From Lytechinus pictus (taxonomy: Eukaryota), in contig NC_087250.1 in the NCBI RefSeq assembly GCF_037042905.1, forward strand, positions 23,996,001-24,060,000: a stretch of DNA of 64,000 nucleotides. The letters are read 5' to 3'. Under the pieces are notes generated by a model. That model had not been told where the DNA came from, did no database searches, and worked only from the letters and a program-made list of their open reading frames with translations. The stretch's first letter is position 1, and the number at the start of each line of letters is the position of its first letter. Positions 14,501 to 28,406 of the stretch are shown piece by piece. A program made the position numbers and the translations under genes.

Positions 14501-17500
14501 TATTTCTGATTGATTACCCCTTCCCCGGAGAGAGGGAGAGGGATGGAGGGAGAAAGAGAAGAGAGGGGTGCGTGGGCGGTTTCATGTGTGTGTTCATGTG
14601 CGTGTGGGTGTAATATTTGTACTGTGTGTTAGAAGTGCAAATTAAAGGAGAGCGGAATATTATCTAGACAGACAAAGTCTGGAGACCTGAGATTATGATA
14701 CATTTAAACAGTGCTTAGTCCACTGATGGGGTTACCCTGGGTATAAACAAAACGAAATAAATAAAATGTATGATGGGAGGCATTTCAATGACCTATATTC
14801 GAGCAAACGTATCGAATGAGCGAGTAGCATTTCAACAGTTTAGATAGATTTGAATAGTGTGCTACTTGGAAAAGGAGGTTTAACGCCAATGTCGCCCAAT
14901 ATGTGAACTAGATGAATTTGAGACCTTATGGATTAATCGTTCGTAAATGTCTTATTTGTTTTATTTAATTTTTTAAAATACATATCATGACATTATTTTG
15001 TACCCACAATTTGTAGTGTGTGGTAAGGATATGCGAGAAGAATATTCCATAGAGGGTGATCGGCAACTCTCGTCTACAGTAGATAGCACGAAATGGTAGA
15101 GAGTGTGAAAAACACCCTAGCGGTTCCCCCGAGGCTCTTTAAGACTACCAATTCATTATTGTCACCTAAACACCCAGCAACACACCAACGCTTTGCTACA
15201 CGTGTGTGAAATGCATGCCTTTCAGCAATCCACCCAGTTCGGGTTTCACTTCGTATGACAAGCACAGAGTGAAAGAAACACTTTATGTTCTGCATTGATT
15301 TGCAATATAGAACATTTATACTTGAATAGCACCATGAACAATAACAAAGCATGCTATGAAATAAAATAATATTTTCATTATGGTTAACCAACAGTAATAG
15401 ATAAATTTGATAGATTACTTAAAATAAGTTTTTATTATCATATAATAATCGTGTTCTATTCAAAACAGGCCTTCTGGTGTAATTATGTTATTTTTGTATT
15501 CATTTATTTTCTTACATTATTGGCTTGTATACTTTATACAAAATATGTGAATTGAAAGAAGAAAAAAAAATAGTTGAATTTACTTGATTCAAATGCATTT
15601 TAATGTATTTAATTATCACAATTAATATTTTTTAGTTTAATTAATTAATTAATCTATTTTATTCATTTACCGTGTTTATTTATTTATTCATTATTATTAT
15701 TTTCATTATGTATCTTTTTTTTTTTGGGGGGGGGGAGGGGAGGAGGGGCGTCTGATGGCCCTCTTCACTTTTAAAGCAAATTTGATTTTCAAAGATCATT
15801 GTATGAATTATTTTATCAAAAATAATATCAAAATTTCCTGTATGGTTAACTTGATTTTAAAATACAAAACTTCAGCGGTTGTTCGCTTTGATCATAATAT
15901 TGCACCACATCAAATACGCAAACATAACTCACACACCATTTTGTTTTTGTCACATGACGCCGTCGTAGAATGGGTCGACCTGACCTTACCGGGAACCTTT
16001 ACCAATCGGATGTACCGTGAGCTTCCAATCCTAACGGTGTTGTCTTAATGGCTAGATCACATTTCATCCGAGGAGCTAATTAATTTAGGTGAGAGTAAAA
16101 CATGGCTACCGACCTTTCCTGCTCGTTCGTTCTGCCTCATGATTCGGTTTCCCTCAGACGATTTTGGCTACATCTGCCTTCTGCACATTGATAATTTGAT
16201 ATTAATTTGTTTTCTGCATGCGTTAAGAAATACTGTAATGAACATCTTATCTCTGAAAGGAATGTGATGCAGAGAGAGAATTTTAACAAAAATTACTAGT
16301 AGGAAGCGAATAATATTAAGAGTTGTAGTTGTAATTAGATGTATGTTAATAACATAATATCAATAATAATCATAGTGATGATAATGAAGTTTATGATAGT
16401 AATGGGATAATAATAATAGTTAGTATTTTCATAATGATAATAGAAGTAATGATTTACAACTATGACCAGAAAAGAAAGAGGAAATTAAAATGACAAAAGT
16501 GCTACGATGATGACCTCAGTGAATCTTTCATGAAATAAAAATAAAATGAATGTCTAAAATACATGAAAATAGATGTACATGCAAATGAATCAGATAAGTA
16601 TGTTTAGAAATTTTTGGTCAATCTAGGATTTTTTTCTACACATTTTTTATTCAGAACATTTTAAGAATAACATAGTTTCTCAATCAACTCTATGGCAATC
16701 CATTTGTGAGTGAAGAAAGCACCATTATTTGAATAAAAACTTCACACAATAAACACAAATAGAGGGATAGAGATAGAGAGAAAAATCGGAAAGAGTATGG
16801 GTAAGAAATGAAAGAAAGAGGGATTGGATGGAGAAATACAAAGAGATAGAGAGAGAGACAGAGAGAGAGAGGGAGAGAGGGGGGAGAAAGATAACGAGAG
16901 GAAGAGAAATAATTTTTTCCGGGGGGGGGGGGGATGCCATTGTGCACTCTTGTTTGTATGCAACTCCATGTCTACAGCAATCGCAAATAAATATGCACCG
17001 GGAATAAATTACCCATGCATCTCTGAGCACTGTAAGATGGCATATGGGAAATCTCTTAGTAGCACGCCTGCATGATATGAATAACTATTGACTTTACTGA
17101 AACCAGAATCTCTGTTGCCGATTTGGAGAAGTCTGTAGCCGTACAAAATAGCATAATGTGATGATGATAATAATGGTAATAATATTGATGATAATGATAA
17201 TTGTCATAATTCTATTTAAACGATAACGAAAATAATTTCGATTTGTTTAAATAATTATGATAACAATATTACAAAGAAAATAATACTGACAATTTTAACA
17301 ACATAAGAATTGCCTCATACAAAATACCAAATTGGAAATTTAGCCAGAGATAATTTCATCTTCCTCCCTCATTTGAAAACCTATTGAAAATACATTCATG
17401 ATGAGCATGGGAAGAACGGATTTCTGAATCACACCGATAAATTTTTGTTCAAAGATTTCATTGACAGAAAGTCGTGAACTATTGTATTTTCTTGATATAC

Positions 17501-17716
17501 ATTTCTACTTACATTCAATTGATACTTTCTCGGAACAGTACAGCACAAACAAGTGGAAAATATGACAAAGAAAATTTAAGCAACCTTCGAGAAAAGCAAA
17601 TGAATTGGTGGTACAAGGTCTATCAAAAAAGGTCAAGAACCATAAATATAACCATGAAGTAAACATTCACGAATAACAATAAGCAATAATAATAGACATA
17701 AGAATGGAGGGACAAC

Positions 17717-17869
17717 CAGGGTCCGGGAACACAACGCTTTGCAATCACTTGCGAAACGACAATCACGATCAATGTTTTACTTATTTTGTTTGAAGCACTG
17801 ACCTGGAACCAGTAAGATTCTTTGGTTATATTTACGATCAGTTACAAACCTTTGTGTTACGAGTCCCTG
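17717..17869. mobile_element. Harbinger-like MITE (related copy at 39798-39953)
   Basis: CAG GGTCCGGGAACACAA ... CAAACCTTTGTGTTACGAGTCC CTG; right end shared with the 39.9-kb copy. Confidence 0.55.
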
Positions 17870-18085
17870 GGCTGATATGAGATACTTGTAAGTGTTACAC
17901 AAGTAACTTTACCGAAGTTACTTCGAAACAAAAACATGTATAAATGCTACACAGTCTACAGCTAATACATTTACACTTTTGTGGAATACTTATTTGAAAT
18001 ACCGATGGAGACCGTTTTCTGCTCATTTGAAATGCTCGAATTAAGCTTTCAATGACCTCTGAAAAACTTTCATAAATACATTTAA

Positions 18086-18670
18086 AGGGGAATGAAACCT
18101 TTGGAACAAATAGGCTTGTGTCGAAACAGAAAAATCAAAGAATAAGAACAAAGAAAGTTTGAGAAAAATCGGACAAATAATGAGAAAGTTATGAGCATTT
18201 GAATATTGCAATCACTAATGCTATTTAGATCCTCCTATTGGCAATGTGACAAGGATGTGTGATGTCACATGTGAACAACTTTCCCTTTGATGAACTCTAA
18301 AATACCCCCAAAATGTCTCTTTTTGCTTTTTCTTAAGGTGATACAAACTCTTTATCCACGATGTATTTTTTTAAATCTGTATTACATGCCCTCCTATAGA
18401 AAGAATACATGATCTACTGATAGATGTGATAAAAGAGGCAGTTTAAGTGAAATATATAGTAAAGTAATGGGGAGAGTTGTTCACAAGTGACATCACACAT
18501 CTTTGTCGCATTGCCAATTATGAGGATCTCCATAGCATTAGTGATCGCAATATTCAAATGCTCATAACTTTTTCATTATTTGTCCGATTTTTTTCAAACT
18601 TTCGTTGATCTGTTTCTTTGATTTTTCTGTTTTCACACAAGCTTTCTTGTTCCAAAGGTTTTATTCTCCT
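18086..18670. mobile_element. Kolobok-like non-autonomous element with long TIRs
   Basis: TTAA|AGGGGAATGAAACCTTTGGAACAA ... TTGTTCCAAAGGTTTTATTCTCCT|TTTA; about 200-bp inverted arms including ATGAGCATTTGAATATTGC / GCAATATTCAAATGCTCAT. Confidence 0.8.
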
Positions 18671-20767
18671 TTTATTACCGACATCCAATTATACGTGACA
18701 GGTCGCAGCGCCAATGGAGTAAAGCTTTGAAATAATGGTGACATATAATGTCATCTTTTATTATGTTTGTACATGTAAATCCTTAATTCATTTCACAATG
18801 TTGTCCTTCATGTATTCTGGAAAACAATGAAAATTATAATGACTTTGGCGATCGTAAGTATGAATAGCATGGATCAAATCAAAATCTTGTTTCTTTATCA
18901 GTATGAAATAACGACCGTTTGAAATAAGTTAATCTCCATACCTCACTTGTGTTTTTCATGCGTCTGTTATTTATTTTTATTACTATTATTATTAATATTA
19001 TCATCATTATCATTAATATTCTTATCATTTTTATTATCGTAATTTTAATTATTACCGCAATCTTATTCATTTGATTTTCTCTGTTAATCGTGTTCATTGT
19101 GTCCAATATTAAAGCCTAACACGCAAGTGAACTAAAAATATTGCATGTTTTCAAACATGGTCTCTTGTCATGCGTACTCATATAAAAATCACCAAGGTTC
19201 AATTCAAATGCTAATAAGGTGCATATTAAAAGAGATATGCTTTAAAAACATTTCATTGACTATGTTTTTTTCAGTAAAATATATGAAACATGGGGTTGTA
19301 TATCTTTTATGATATAGTATTCAGAAAGGTTAACATTTTACACGATAGTCATGTTAGATTATCTAGCTACTAATAACAGAAGATTTCTCCCTTATAGAAT
19401 TTGGGAAGAATGTCCTATCAACTTAGTGGTGAGGCACGTGTATGTGCATGTTATTGCACCTTGAAGACAGTCGTTTAGGTTATTCTACTTGCCTAGTACC
19501 AATTTGTTTTCCATTCATTTTGCTTCTCTGGCGCTTTCCCTCGTTTTTTAATCACGAACCACCAATGTCTATCATTCGTTCGTCGTACCTCCGCTCAGAG
19601 ACTTGCTCCAATTTAATATTGGCTGCTGTACAAACCCTTTGATTGGCAAGTCTACAAGATCGCAGTGCAGCGCGGTTTAATTTTACATCACGTCAGTATC
19701 TCTGAAGATGACCACTTTTACCCGGTTCTCAATATCCTCTTTCATGTTTTTTTTTCTCCCTTTTGTTCTGCCAAATGCCAATAAAGCTAACATGGCTAAA
19801 GAGTTGGATCAACACAGAGAACTGTTTTCAAGAAATCGTTTACGGCAAAATGATGATGATGCATGCAATTTAATCGGGGGAAAATGCCCAAGACTCTCCT
19901 AAGATGTTATCAGGGTAATAACGAAAAGCATTAAGGACAATGTTCAAGAAATAACGATATCCGCAACCGCCACAAAGAACTACAACAATCCGCAAAGAAA
20001 AAAAAAATAAATTAAGAGTGCTGCTGCATGTTCATTAGAGAGATAAGTTGGTTTGCAGCTTTGAAATTCTATTCGAATATTTGAAGATGTTTGTAAGTTT
20101 GTCAATCATATTGAGACATCGCGGAAATCTGTACAAAAATTTGTGACCCCTGTGGTACACCGTGTTTGTCAATGTGTTTCGATTCACCGTTATTTTTGTT
20201 ATCATCACAATTTTTTTTTAAATTTTGGAGTCGATTAGTTTGTTGATTTACAACTTAATTTTTTACCCCTCTACTATGTCTACCCTTTCGGGCTTGACAT
20301 TTTATCAGTCACTGTTTTCCCATCATTTCCAATGAGAAGAAACCAATCAATAATTCGCCCCTTTGCGCACCCCATCTCTATAACTGTATCCTTACTGTCC
20401 GGACGAGATGAGAAGCGCAATATATAATGAATCGCCCAGAGAACCCCGGGTGACCTCCGGGGTACCTATTCCATTTCACCTTTCTCCCTATTTCCAATGG
20501 GTTTATTTTAGCTTCTGTAATAGATCGAATCGTTATTTTGCCCTGTTCGAAGTTCAAACTTTCAATCAAGAAACTGACTATTTTCCTGCAAGGACTTTGC
20601 CATGATTTATTATAGTACCATACAAATGCTACGGTGTACAAATGAAATGGGCGAGTGTCTGAATAACGCAGTGGGACGCCTAAATTCCCCAATATTTCCT
20701 CATATTATATTTTATTTGTTTTTAATAACTTTTGTTAATTGGCTACACTATTAATTCGTGTATTTTA

Positions 20768-22020
20768 CACTGTTAAAAATTGCCGTAATTTTACGGACAA
20801 AATTTAACAGAAATCGTCCGTAAACGATAAAATACGGAATAAAATTGTAAATTTACGGATTTCTACAGAAAATCCGTAAAAATTACATAATAATCAGGTA
20901 AATGATCAAATTTACAGACGTAATTTTCTGTAATTGTACAGAAGATCATTATTGAAAGGAGACGTTTACGATACATCTTGTAAATTTACTGTGAAGTAGA
21001 TGTAAGTTTACGGATAAGATAATTTGCATTACGTGTAAAGTGCAATTTCTACGGAAAAATTTGTAAAATTTACTGAAAAATCAGGTTAATGATACATTTT
21101 CTGACGTTGTCCGTAATTGTAGTGAAGATCATTCTTGAAAGGAGACGTTTAGTGGTTTACGGTACAAATCTTTGTAAATTTACTAGAAAGTAGCTGTAAG
21201 TTTACGGACAAGATTGAACAGATTAATTTGTAATACGTGTAAAGTGCAATTTCTACGGAAAATTTGTAAAAATTACATAAAAATCAGGTAAATGATCAAT
21301 TTTACAAACGTTTTAATCCGTATAATTGTACAGAAGATCATTATTGAAAGGAGACGTTTACAGTACATCTTGTAAATTTACTGTAAAGTAGATGTAAGTT
21401 TACGGACAACGTCAGAAAATTTATCATTAACCTGATTTTTCTGTAAATTTTCGTAGAAATTCCACTTTACACATATTACAAATAAATCTGTTTATCTTAT
21501 CCGTAAACTTGAAAGGAGATATTTAGTGGTTTACTGTACAAATCTTTGTAAATTTACTAGAAAGTAGCTGTAAATTTACGGACAAGATTTAACAGATAAA
21601 GTGCAATTTCTACGGAAACTTTGTAGAATTTACAGAAAAATCAGGTTAATGATAAATTTACTGACGTTGTCCGTAATTGTAGTGAAGATCATTATTGAAA
21701 GGAGACGTTTACGATACATCTTGTAAATTTACTGTAAAGTAGATGTAAGTTTATGGACAAGATTTAACAGATTAATTTGTAATATGTGTATATAGTGCAA
21801 TTTCTTCGGAAAATTTGTAAAATTTACAGAAAAATCAGGTTATAATGGTAAATTTACTGACGTAAGGAGACGTTTACGATACATCTTTGTAAATTTACTG
21901 TAAAGTAGATGTAAGTTTACAGACACGATTTAACAGATTAATTCGTAATATGTGCAAAGTGCAATTTATACGGAAACTTTGTAAAATTTACAGAAAAATC
22001 AAGTTAATGATAAGTTTTCT
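20768..22020. repeat. Left subterminal tandem array (about 170-210-bp units, about 6 copies, one inverted segment)
   Basis: AAGGAGACGTTTA recurs at about 20956, 21139, 21347, 21513 (variant), 21699 and 21864. Confidence 0.9.
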
Positions 22021-22130
22021 TTTTCGAGCATGCGCACTTGAGAAGTTTGTGAAAAGCCCGCGAAGCAAAGAGAATTTTCCTTGATGTCTTGGATGTGTCA
22101 AGTGATCTTCTTGATCAGAAATTCGTAAGT
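22021..22130 (+). promoter_or_regulatory. Candidate promoter / non-coding first exon just inside the left array
   Basis: GCATGCGCA (NRF1-like) motif, local CpG enrichment, then donor-like TTC|GTAAGT at about 22125; same strand as the transposase gene. Confidence 0.3.
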
Positions 22131-22583
22131 ATTTTGCTTTGAATTCGTAAAAGAAATTTCTGCTGGGCTTCTCTGGAATATATTGATACGTTTTATGCAG
22201 TTATATGAAATTAATAGTGTTGGTTTTCATGATTACGAACAAGGTTTTGGCATTGACAAGTCCAGACGATGCAATGTATCGTCGCGTACGCGCTGCTACA
22301 GTCCCATTGGTGCATTTGAGTGTTGGATATTTTGACACTGTGGTTGAACGAATTGAATCGAAGCCGGTGCGAAGCCGTGGGCCAAGCTTGTTTTATGAGC
22401 TTCACAAGGATATTTATATTATGATGCCATTTATATATTCATTTGTATCTTCATTTGTAAATGTCAAGATGAAAATATAAGCCTCAAAATATTAAATTTG
22501 TGCAATTAAACTTATTTAAAGGGGTGGATTAGATTAGATCTAGGGCCTAATTTCAAATCAATGACAATGTCAACAATGTCAAT

Positions 22584-23478
22584 GGGTGATTTCAAGTACG
22601 GTGTTGAAATCTGGTGTTGGTGTTGTGACAACACCGTACTTGAAATCAGGCTGGTGTTGGGATTGACCTCGGAAAATATGACGTATTTCCGGCAGTTCGT
22701 GTTGAATGTCGTCTGCTGAACCCAGCACTGCGGCTGGTGTTGACGATCTACGACTACGTGCAATTTCCCCATTCACTAACACCAACCCCCAGGGATTGGG
22801 AAAATCATGGTTTCAAGTTCGGTGTTGGTGTTGGCAATCTCAAGCTCGTGAACAGGCGGCAAACACGATGAAACATCCCCGTAAAATTAGCTTTTACAGT
22901 TAAGATGAGCTAGTAGGCCTACTAGTAGTAGAACAAATCATTTGAGCTGTAGGGGCCTATATTATATATTTTGATAAAGAATAATGTTCACTCTTTCGAA
23001 TTCTTGAATTAATTAAAACATTGGTAGGATGGGGGGTTGGGTGTCCGGACACGTAACAGAAATGAAGCCTTGTTTTTATCTCAGGAATAAACCAAAAATA
23101 TAGGTTGAATAGTTTTTTTTCACCATCAATATTTGTTCTTTATAATATTTTCTTATATTCTGTGCTAAAAAGAATTAAAGACATTGCTTGTAAACTTTTC
23201 AAAATTGAGAGTAAAAGTCATGTGTCCGGACACACAACCACTGGGTATACATGTATTCTGTACGATGAGAATTTAATGCATTTCTTTCCGATTTCATTTT
23301 CGTCGTCGAGACTTCTCGCGTGAAGTTGAGATGATTTAGCAGCGCAGAGGCGTGACGTCATGTGCTATCGATAACGCAATTGGTATCATTCCTCTGAACC
23401 CAGTCCCAGCTCGGTGTTGGAGCTCGGTTCAGCGGCCTTTTTACGCTCTCAACACCAACACCGAACTTGAAATCACCC
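22584..23478. mobile_element. PHIS-group MITE, GGGTGATTTCAAGT family, copy 2
   Basis: AAT|GGGTGATTTCAAGTACGGTGTTG ... CAACACCGAACTTGAAATCACCC|AAT; long internal similarity to 40255-41240. Confidence 0.85.
23023..23250. mobile_element. GTGTCCGGACAC-motif fragment, inverted homologue of 60699-60941
   Basis: GGTAGGATGGGGG..GGGTGTCCGGACAC ... GTGTCCGGACACACAACCACTGGGTATAC matches the reverse complement of 60699-60941; absent from the same position in MITE copy 3. Confidence 0.7.
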
Positions 23479-23508
23479 AATGTCAACTACAGTTAGTTAG
23501 ATCTAGTA

Positions 23509-24031
23509 TACCTCGAGCGAAGTTCGTGCAGGCTCCACTCCACTTCACTACCGCTGCACTACACTCCACCTACCCAAACTTCGGGACGGTGATCTCGATC
23601 GGATATTCCGAGTGACAAAGGTGGGGTGGCCGATGGAAATGTTATTTATTGTAAAAATCATAACAAAAAATATAAAGAGAAAGAAAAATGGCTTAATTTC
23701 TTACTCTTCACCCGTATTTCACTCCGTGTCCATCCTCTGGTTATCCTCTAAATTGTTGATTTTGAGCCAGTATCTATTTCCTCACACGTCACTATTCATG
23801 GCCGATTTAAAAACATCGCATGCGATCGGTCGCAGGTCAAACAGCATAAATATTTATATTATTATTGGATGGTTCAGAAAATACCAAAAATATTCTACGA
23901 GTATGGGAAAATGTTTTTTTTCCTCATTTTATTTTTTTCTATATTTTTTACAATAAATAACATTTCCATCCCACCTTTGTCACTAGCGGTAGTGAAGTGG
24001 AGTGGAGCCTGCACGAACTTCGCTCGAGGTA
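23509..24031. mobile_element. MITE with 47-bp perfect TIRs and 9-bp TSD (Mutator/MULE-like)
   Basis: GATCTAGTA|TACCTCGAGCGAAGTTCGTGCAGGCTCCACTCCACTTCACTACCGCT ... AGCGGTAGTGAAGTGGAGTGGAGCCTGCACGAACTTCGCTCGAGGTA|GATCTAGTA. Confidence 0.9.
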
Positions 24032-24143
24032 GATCTAGTAATGACTTAGTGCTGGCTAGCGACCGACGGGTTTCCATTCTCAGCCATTCACTGATAATTC
24101 AGTTAAGACAGTGTGTTCCATGTGTGTATGTGTGATGCGAAGC

Positions 24144-24235
24144 TACCTCAGCTCAAGCGATGTAGACGACCTTGTTGGAGCGTACAGTGTAGCGGTAGTG
24201 AAGTGGAGTGGAGCCTGCGAACATCGCTTTAGGTA
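24144..24235. mobile_element. 92-bp mini-MITE of the same TACCT family with 9-bp TSD
   Basis: ATGCGAAGC|TACCT ... AGCGGTAGTGAAGTGGAGTGGAGCCTGCGAACATCGCTTTAGGTA|ATGCGAAGC. Confidence 0.8.
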
Positions 24236-26189
24236 ATGCGAAGCGTGCTGTACATGTGTCCTCTGGACGTGTGGGCATGTGCATGTGATTGTGAAGGGTT
24301 GAAGCCCGGGTTGAAGTTTCTTACAGCTCTGGGTTTATCTATAATTAAATGATTCTCTTTTCAAGCTTAAATTTTTATAATGATGATTGCTACATTCCAA
24401 TTATTTGATTAAATTGTTTGTTTTAGAACAGGTCTTTTATTTTGTCCTCAGTCTATTTCTCCCATTACATATCAATTAAAGAGAGTCTTCACTTGTGTTT
24501 CATTAAATTATTATACAATGTCCACTGTAATGAAAATGGAAACATGCCGGTCAAATGAAAGTGCAATATAAGTGGAAACATGCTGGTCTATTGACTATAT
24601 GTTGACCATATAGTAGAAAGCAAAATTTGTTCTCAGCTGTAATTATTCTTCTATGGGAACTTGCTTCTCATAGATCAAATAAAATTTCCGAAGACCCCAT
24701 ATAATTTTGTACTATTTGGTGCATTTAAAGAGGAGAAAGAAATGCTTTTTTTTTTCAATTTGCCTAAATTGCATTTAAAAATATACCTTTCTTTTGCTTT
24801 CGGCACAGGCCAATTTTTAGAGGCTGAAATATTAAAGAGTTGATTACTTAAATTTCGTTCTAAAATATTTTTCATATCACTTGCAAATAGAGAAAATTTA
24901 GCGCCGCTCCCAAAAAAAACTTTGATTTTTAAAGGCATCTCGCACAAATGATTACAATGTTTTTGTTTTATTTATCATTCACTATGAGATCTGTATAAAG
25001 TGATAAACCAATGAATTATTTTTATATGTATATGTTTCCAATTATTTGCCTACCGGTATTTATTAAAAAATAATGTTTGTGTTGTTATTTGACAATTGTT
25101 TCACAGAATTACGTCGTCGGTTGACATCTACCTATACCCATGGATTATCTCCATCACCTTCACAACCTTGAATTGCTAAGAGAGGTATGATTGATAAATT
25201 TGGTTTACATTGTTTTAATTTGTTTAAAAGTATTATTGAAATGATTTGATGAGATAACAAAAATGAAAACTTGAAATAACATTTTGAATGTAATTTTTGT
25301 TAATCTTGGGAAGACAATTAAGATTGCAGTTATTATGTTGGTAGATGTGTAATCAAATCTACATGCACATGTTCACTGTTTGGAACGTTTATAAAGATCA
25401 CAAAATAAAAGAATTAAAAATAATATTCAACTCTTCTGCATACATGTACAGCTACCTTTGCCAAGACCACGTCGTGGGCTACGGGATGCTAGAAATCCAT
25501 CGGAATCGTACGAGGATGGGCCATTTCAAGATCGGTATTGACTGTCAAAAGAAACCGTCATTTACATCATCAACATGCTGGAAGCCGAATTGAAGAGGGA
25601 CACACAGAGGAATGATCCACTTCCCGTTTATTTGCAGGTGTTGACGGCTCTCCGTTTTCATGCAGTGGGTGAGTAATTGAATTAAATGATTATTGAATGT
25701 TTCTGGGCACTGTTAAATCTATTTGACTGAGGTTGTTTCTATTAATTTTAGGACTCCAGACAAAGTTGATGATGATGACAATATCTAGAAATCAGAGAGG
25801 GATCACATAAGTAAGAGTATCATTTAAGCAAACAGTCAAGTACCTATGAATTGCATGCTTAAAAATTCCAAAACTACCACAGCAGGAGTGAAGCTCTGCT
25901 GTTTCTGCTGTTAGAACTGTTATGTCAGGTTAGAGTTATAAATTCGTCATTAACCCTAAATTGGCAGATCACCCCCACCCCCCCCCCCCCCGAAACTTGG
26001 CTGTGTTGCGATGAAAAGCTATGAAATTTGGCACATAGATAACAACTCGAGATGAACATACACACAAAAAACTAGAGCTGCAATCGTATCAGAACAATGT
26101 GCATGCATTGACGCCTGTGATTTTATGGAGGGCAAGAAACAGAAGAAGATAAAGAGAAAACTCCTGAGGATATACATTTTCAAAATATT

Positions 26190-26700
26190 AAGAGGGCGCT
26201 ATTTTTATAGGCAATGGTCACTGATGCGTAAAAAAAACATTTTGCATATGAGGGATGATGCCATTAGCAAACCCTAAAAAAGTGATACCAAGATAAATGG
26301 AAACAAGGAAGTGATGGCCATTTTACTGTTTTCCAACTTTTTAATAGAGAGCGCTATTTCTTAAAGGTAATGGTCACTGATGTGCGTTAAAAAACATGGA
26401 TTATGAGGGATGATGCCATAAGCATACCCTGAAAATATGAGACCGAAATAAATGAAAACTAGGAACTTATCGTCATGGCCATTATAATTTTTCTTTAGTT
26501 TGCAATAGAGGGCGCTATTTTTTAAGATAATGGTCATTGATGTGTGAAATGAAAAAAAAAACAATTGAATTTGGACTATCATAAGTCAACCCTGAAAATA
26601 TGAAACTGAAATAAATGAAAACAAGTAAGTGATTGCCATTTTACTATTCAGACCAAAATGAATAAAAACAAGGAAGTTACGGCCATTTTATGATTTTCCT
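26190..26700. repeat. Degenerate tandem repeat (about 155-160-bp unit, 3-4 copies) in a transposase intron
   Basis: GCGCTATTT...AATGGTCA(C/T)TGATG recurs at about 26195, 26350 and 26510. Confidence 0.75.
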
Positions 26701-27913
26701 ACTTTACATTTCAATAAATATTAATTTTTTAAATGTAGACTATTTCGGATTTGAATTAAGGGCATGAAGACGGCATTTTCAAGGGCAAGTCATATTTTCA
26801 TATGAAGAGCAACTCTTAGACAATCTACAGCAATTTGTTAGAAGTGTGTAGCATGCAGGATAAGAGAGTAAGGATGGGATTAGGAATAGTATGCAAATGG
26901 ACTAGAAATTTACAAAATGGCGCCTGGATGGTCATGCATTGCCCCTGTCCGTCCGCCCCCCCCCCCCCCACTTGGTTTCCGCGCAATAAGTAAAAAAATA
27001 TGTAATGGATAAAAAAAATTTGGTGTGTAGGTATAGGACACCAAAATACAGGCTCAGTTCGAATTCGGAGTCCGCAGGTCAAAGGTCACAGCTCATTAGA
27101 TATGCGAGTTGGTTTCCACATGATTATCATAAGTTCCAAATGAATATTTAGAAATGTTTTTTTATTTGAATTATAATCATGTGAATGATCACACATAGAC
27201 ATCTACTATGTATGGGAAATACCATGTATGTTGCGCGCCATGTTATATAGTGGTACACTTTGGGGGTACTGACCAATTTTTTTGAACTTTTATCAATAGA
27301 TGTGCAAAAACATCAAGGTAAAAAGTCAAAAGCACGGGGCAGAAAATAACATTATTCAATAGCTGTTTTTGAAGTCAGTAGGGGAGACCGGGGTTAGTTG
27401 GAACATGGGGTAAGTTGAAACATTGTAATTTTCTTTAACGTCTTTAAATAAATTTCTGCAATACTGCCCTCAAGTTATTGTCATTATCAACGGCCATCCA
27501 CCATATTACAGACAACACATGTGCAACAAGCCTGGTGAAGTTAGAAACAAATTTTTGTTTTTTGACCTTCTGAGTAAATTTTTTCTCGTTCAGAAATGTT
27601 TGATTATCTCAGAGAAGTTTACAGATCAAGTTGGCCAGTTTAGGGGTATAATATACACTTATACCAAGCTACAAAATGAGGTTATTAATATGCCATGGTG
27701 AAGTCCCTTTTTTGTGCTGTAAGCTTATAAACGTCGAATGAGCCTCCGGGGTTAGTTGGAACAAAATTGAAGGGGCTAGTTGGAACATGTTCCAACTTAC
27801 CCCAAACATAATTATGAATGAAAATATTGGATATGAGAAAAAAAAAAAAAAGTATTTCACACTCTTCTGAACATGTATTGTATACCATGCTTAGGCACCT
27901 AATGCAATGTTAA

Positions 27914-28406
27914 CCCTTTTTTAATATAAAAAGGGGGGGTCAATTTGAGCCCCCCTCAAGATATTTTGTCACTATGCCGTCGCACGAAATTTTTTGACTA
28001 CACTCAGCTAGCTGACTTTTTACTTTCAAGTCTTGCGCATCATTTGAGACCAAATTTGTGATGCCTGTGTGCGCGGTTTCAAAATTACGCAACAAATTGT
28101 ATGTGCATGTTCGGACCCAAAATTGTTCAAAAAGGTGATTCCATGTACAAGGTCAATGCAAATTGTGTTTTTCAACCAAAAGTCATAAATGTATGATTAT
28201 TTTTTTACTTTTGCTGGTTCAAATAGATTCATTTTATGCTATTTATGATCGCAAAAGACTCCTGACAAAGTCCATCGGAAAAAACAAAGTTCGAAAAAAC
28301 AAAAAATACATAAGAAATTATATTTTATGCATTTTTTGGTGGATATTTGTTATAAATGTGAAAATTGATACTCTCACCAAAGATTCTACTAGCTTAATAA
28401 ATAGAG
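27914..28406. mobile_element. Possible piggyBac-like insertion nested in the TA element
   Basis: TTAA|CCC left end followed by GGGGGTCAATTTGAGCCCCC; right end (GAG|TTAA) is only tentative. Confidence 0.35.

Noticed and set aside
20768..22020. Tandem arrays (also 32830-33603 and 62250-63690) as CRISPR-like loci
   Set aside because: Whole monomers repeat with no unique spacers, there are no cas genes, and the context is eukaryotic.
22205..22480. 91-aa ORF with a signal-peptide-like start inside the large element
   Set aside because: The hydrophobic stretch is short, there is no motif, and the C-terminus runs into AT-rich sequence; cannot be supported as cargo.
25539..25541. In-frame TGA as selenocysteine or programmed readthrough
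   Set aside because: The position corresponds to an Arg-type site (CGA to TGA decay), and the gene is also truncated downstream.
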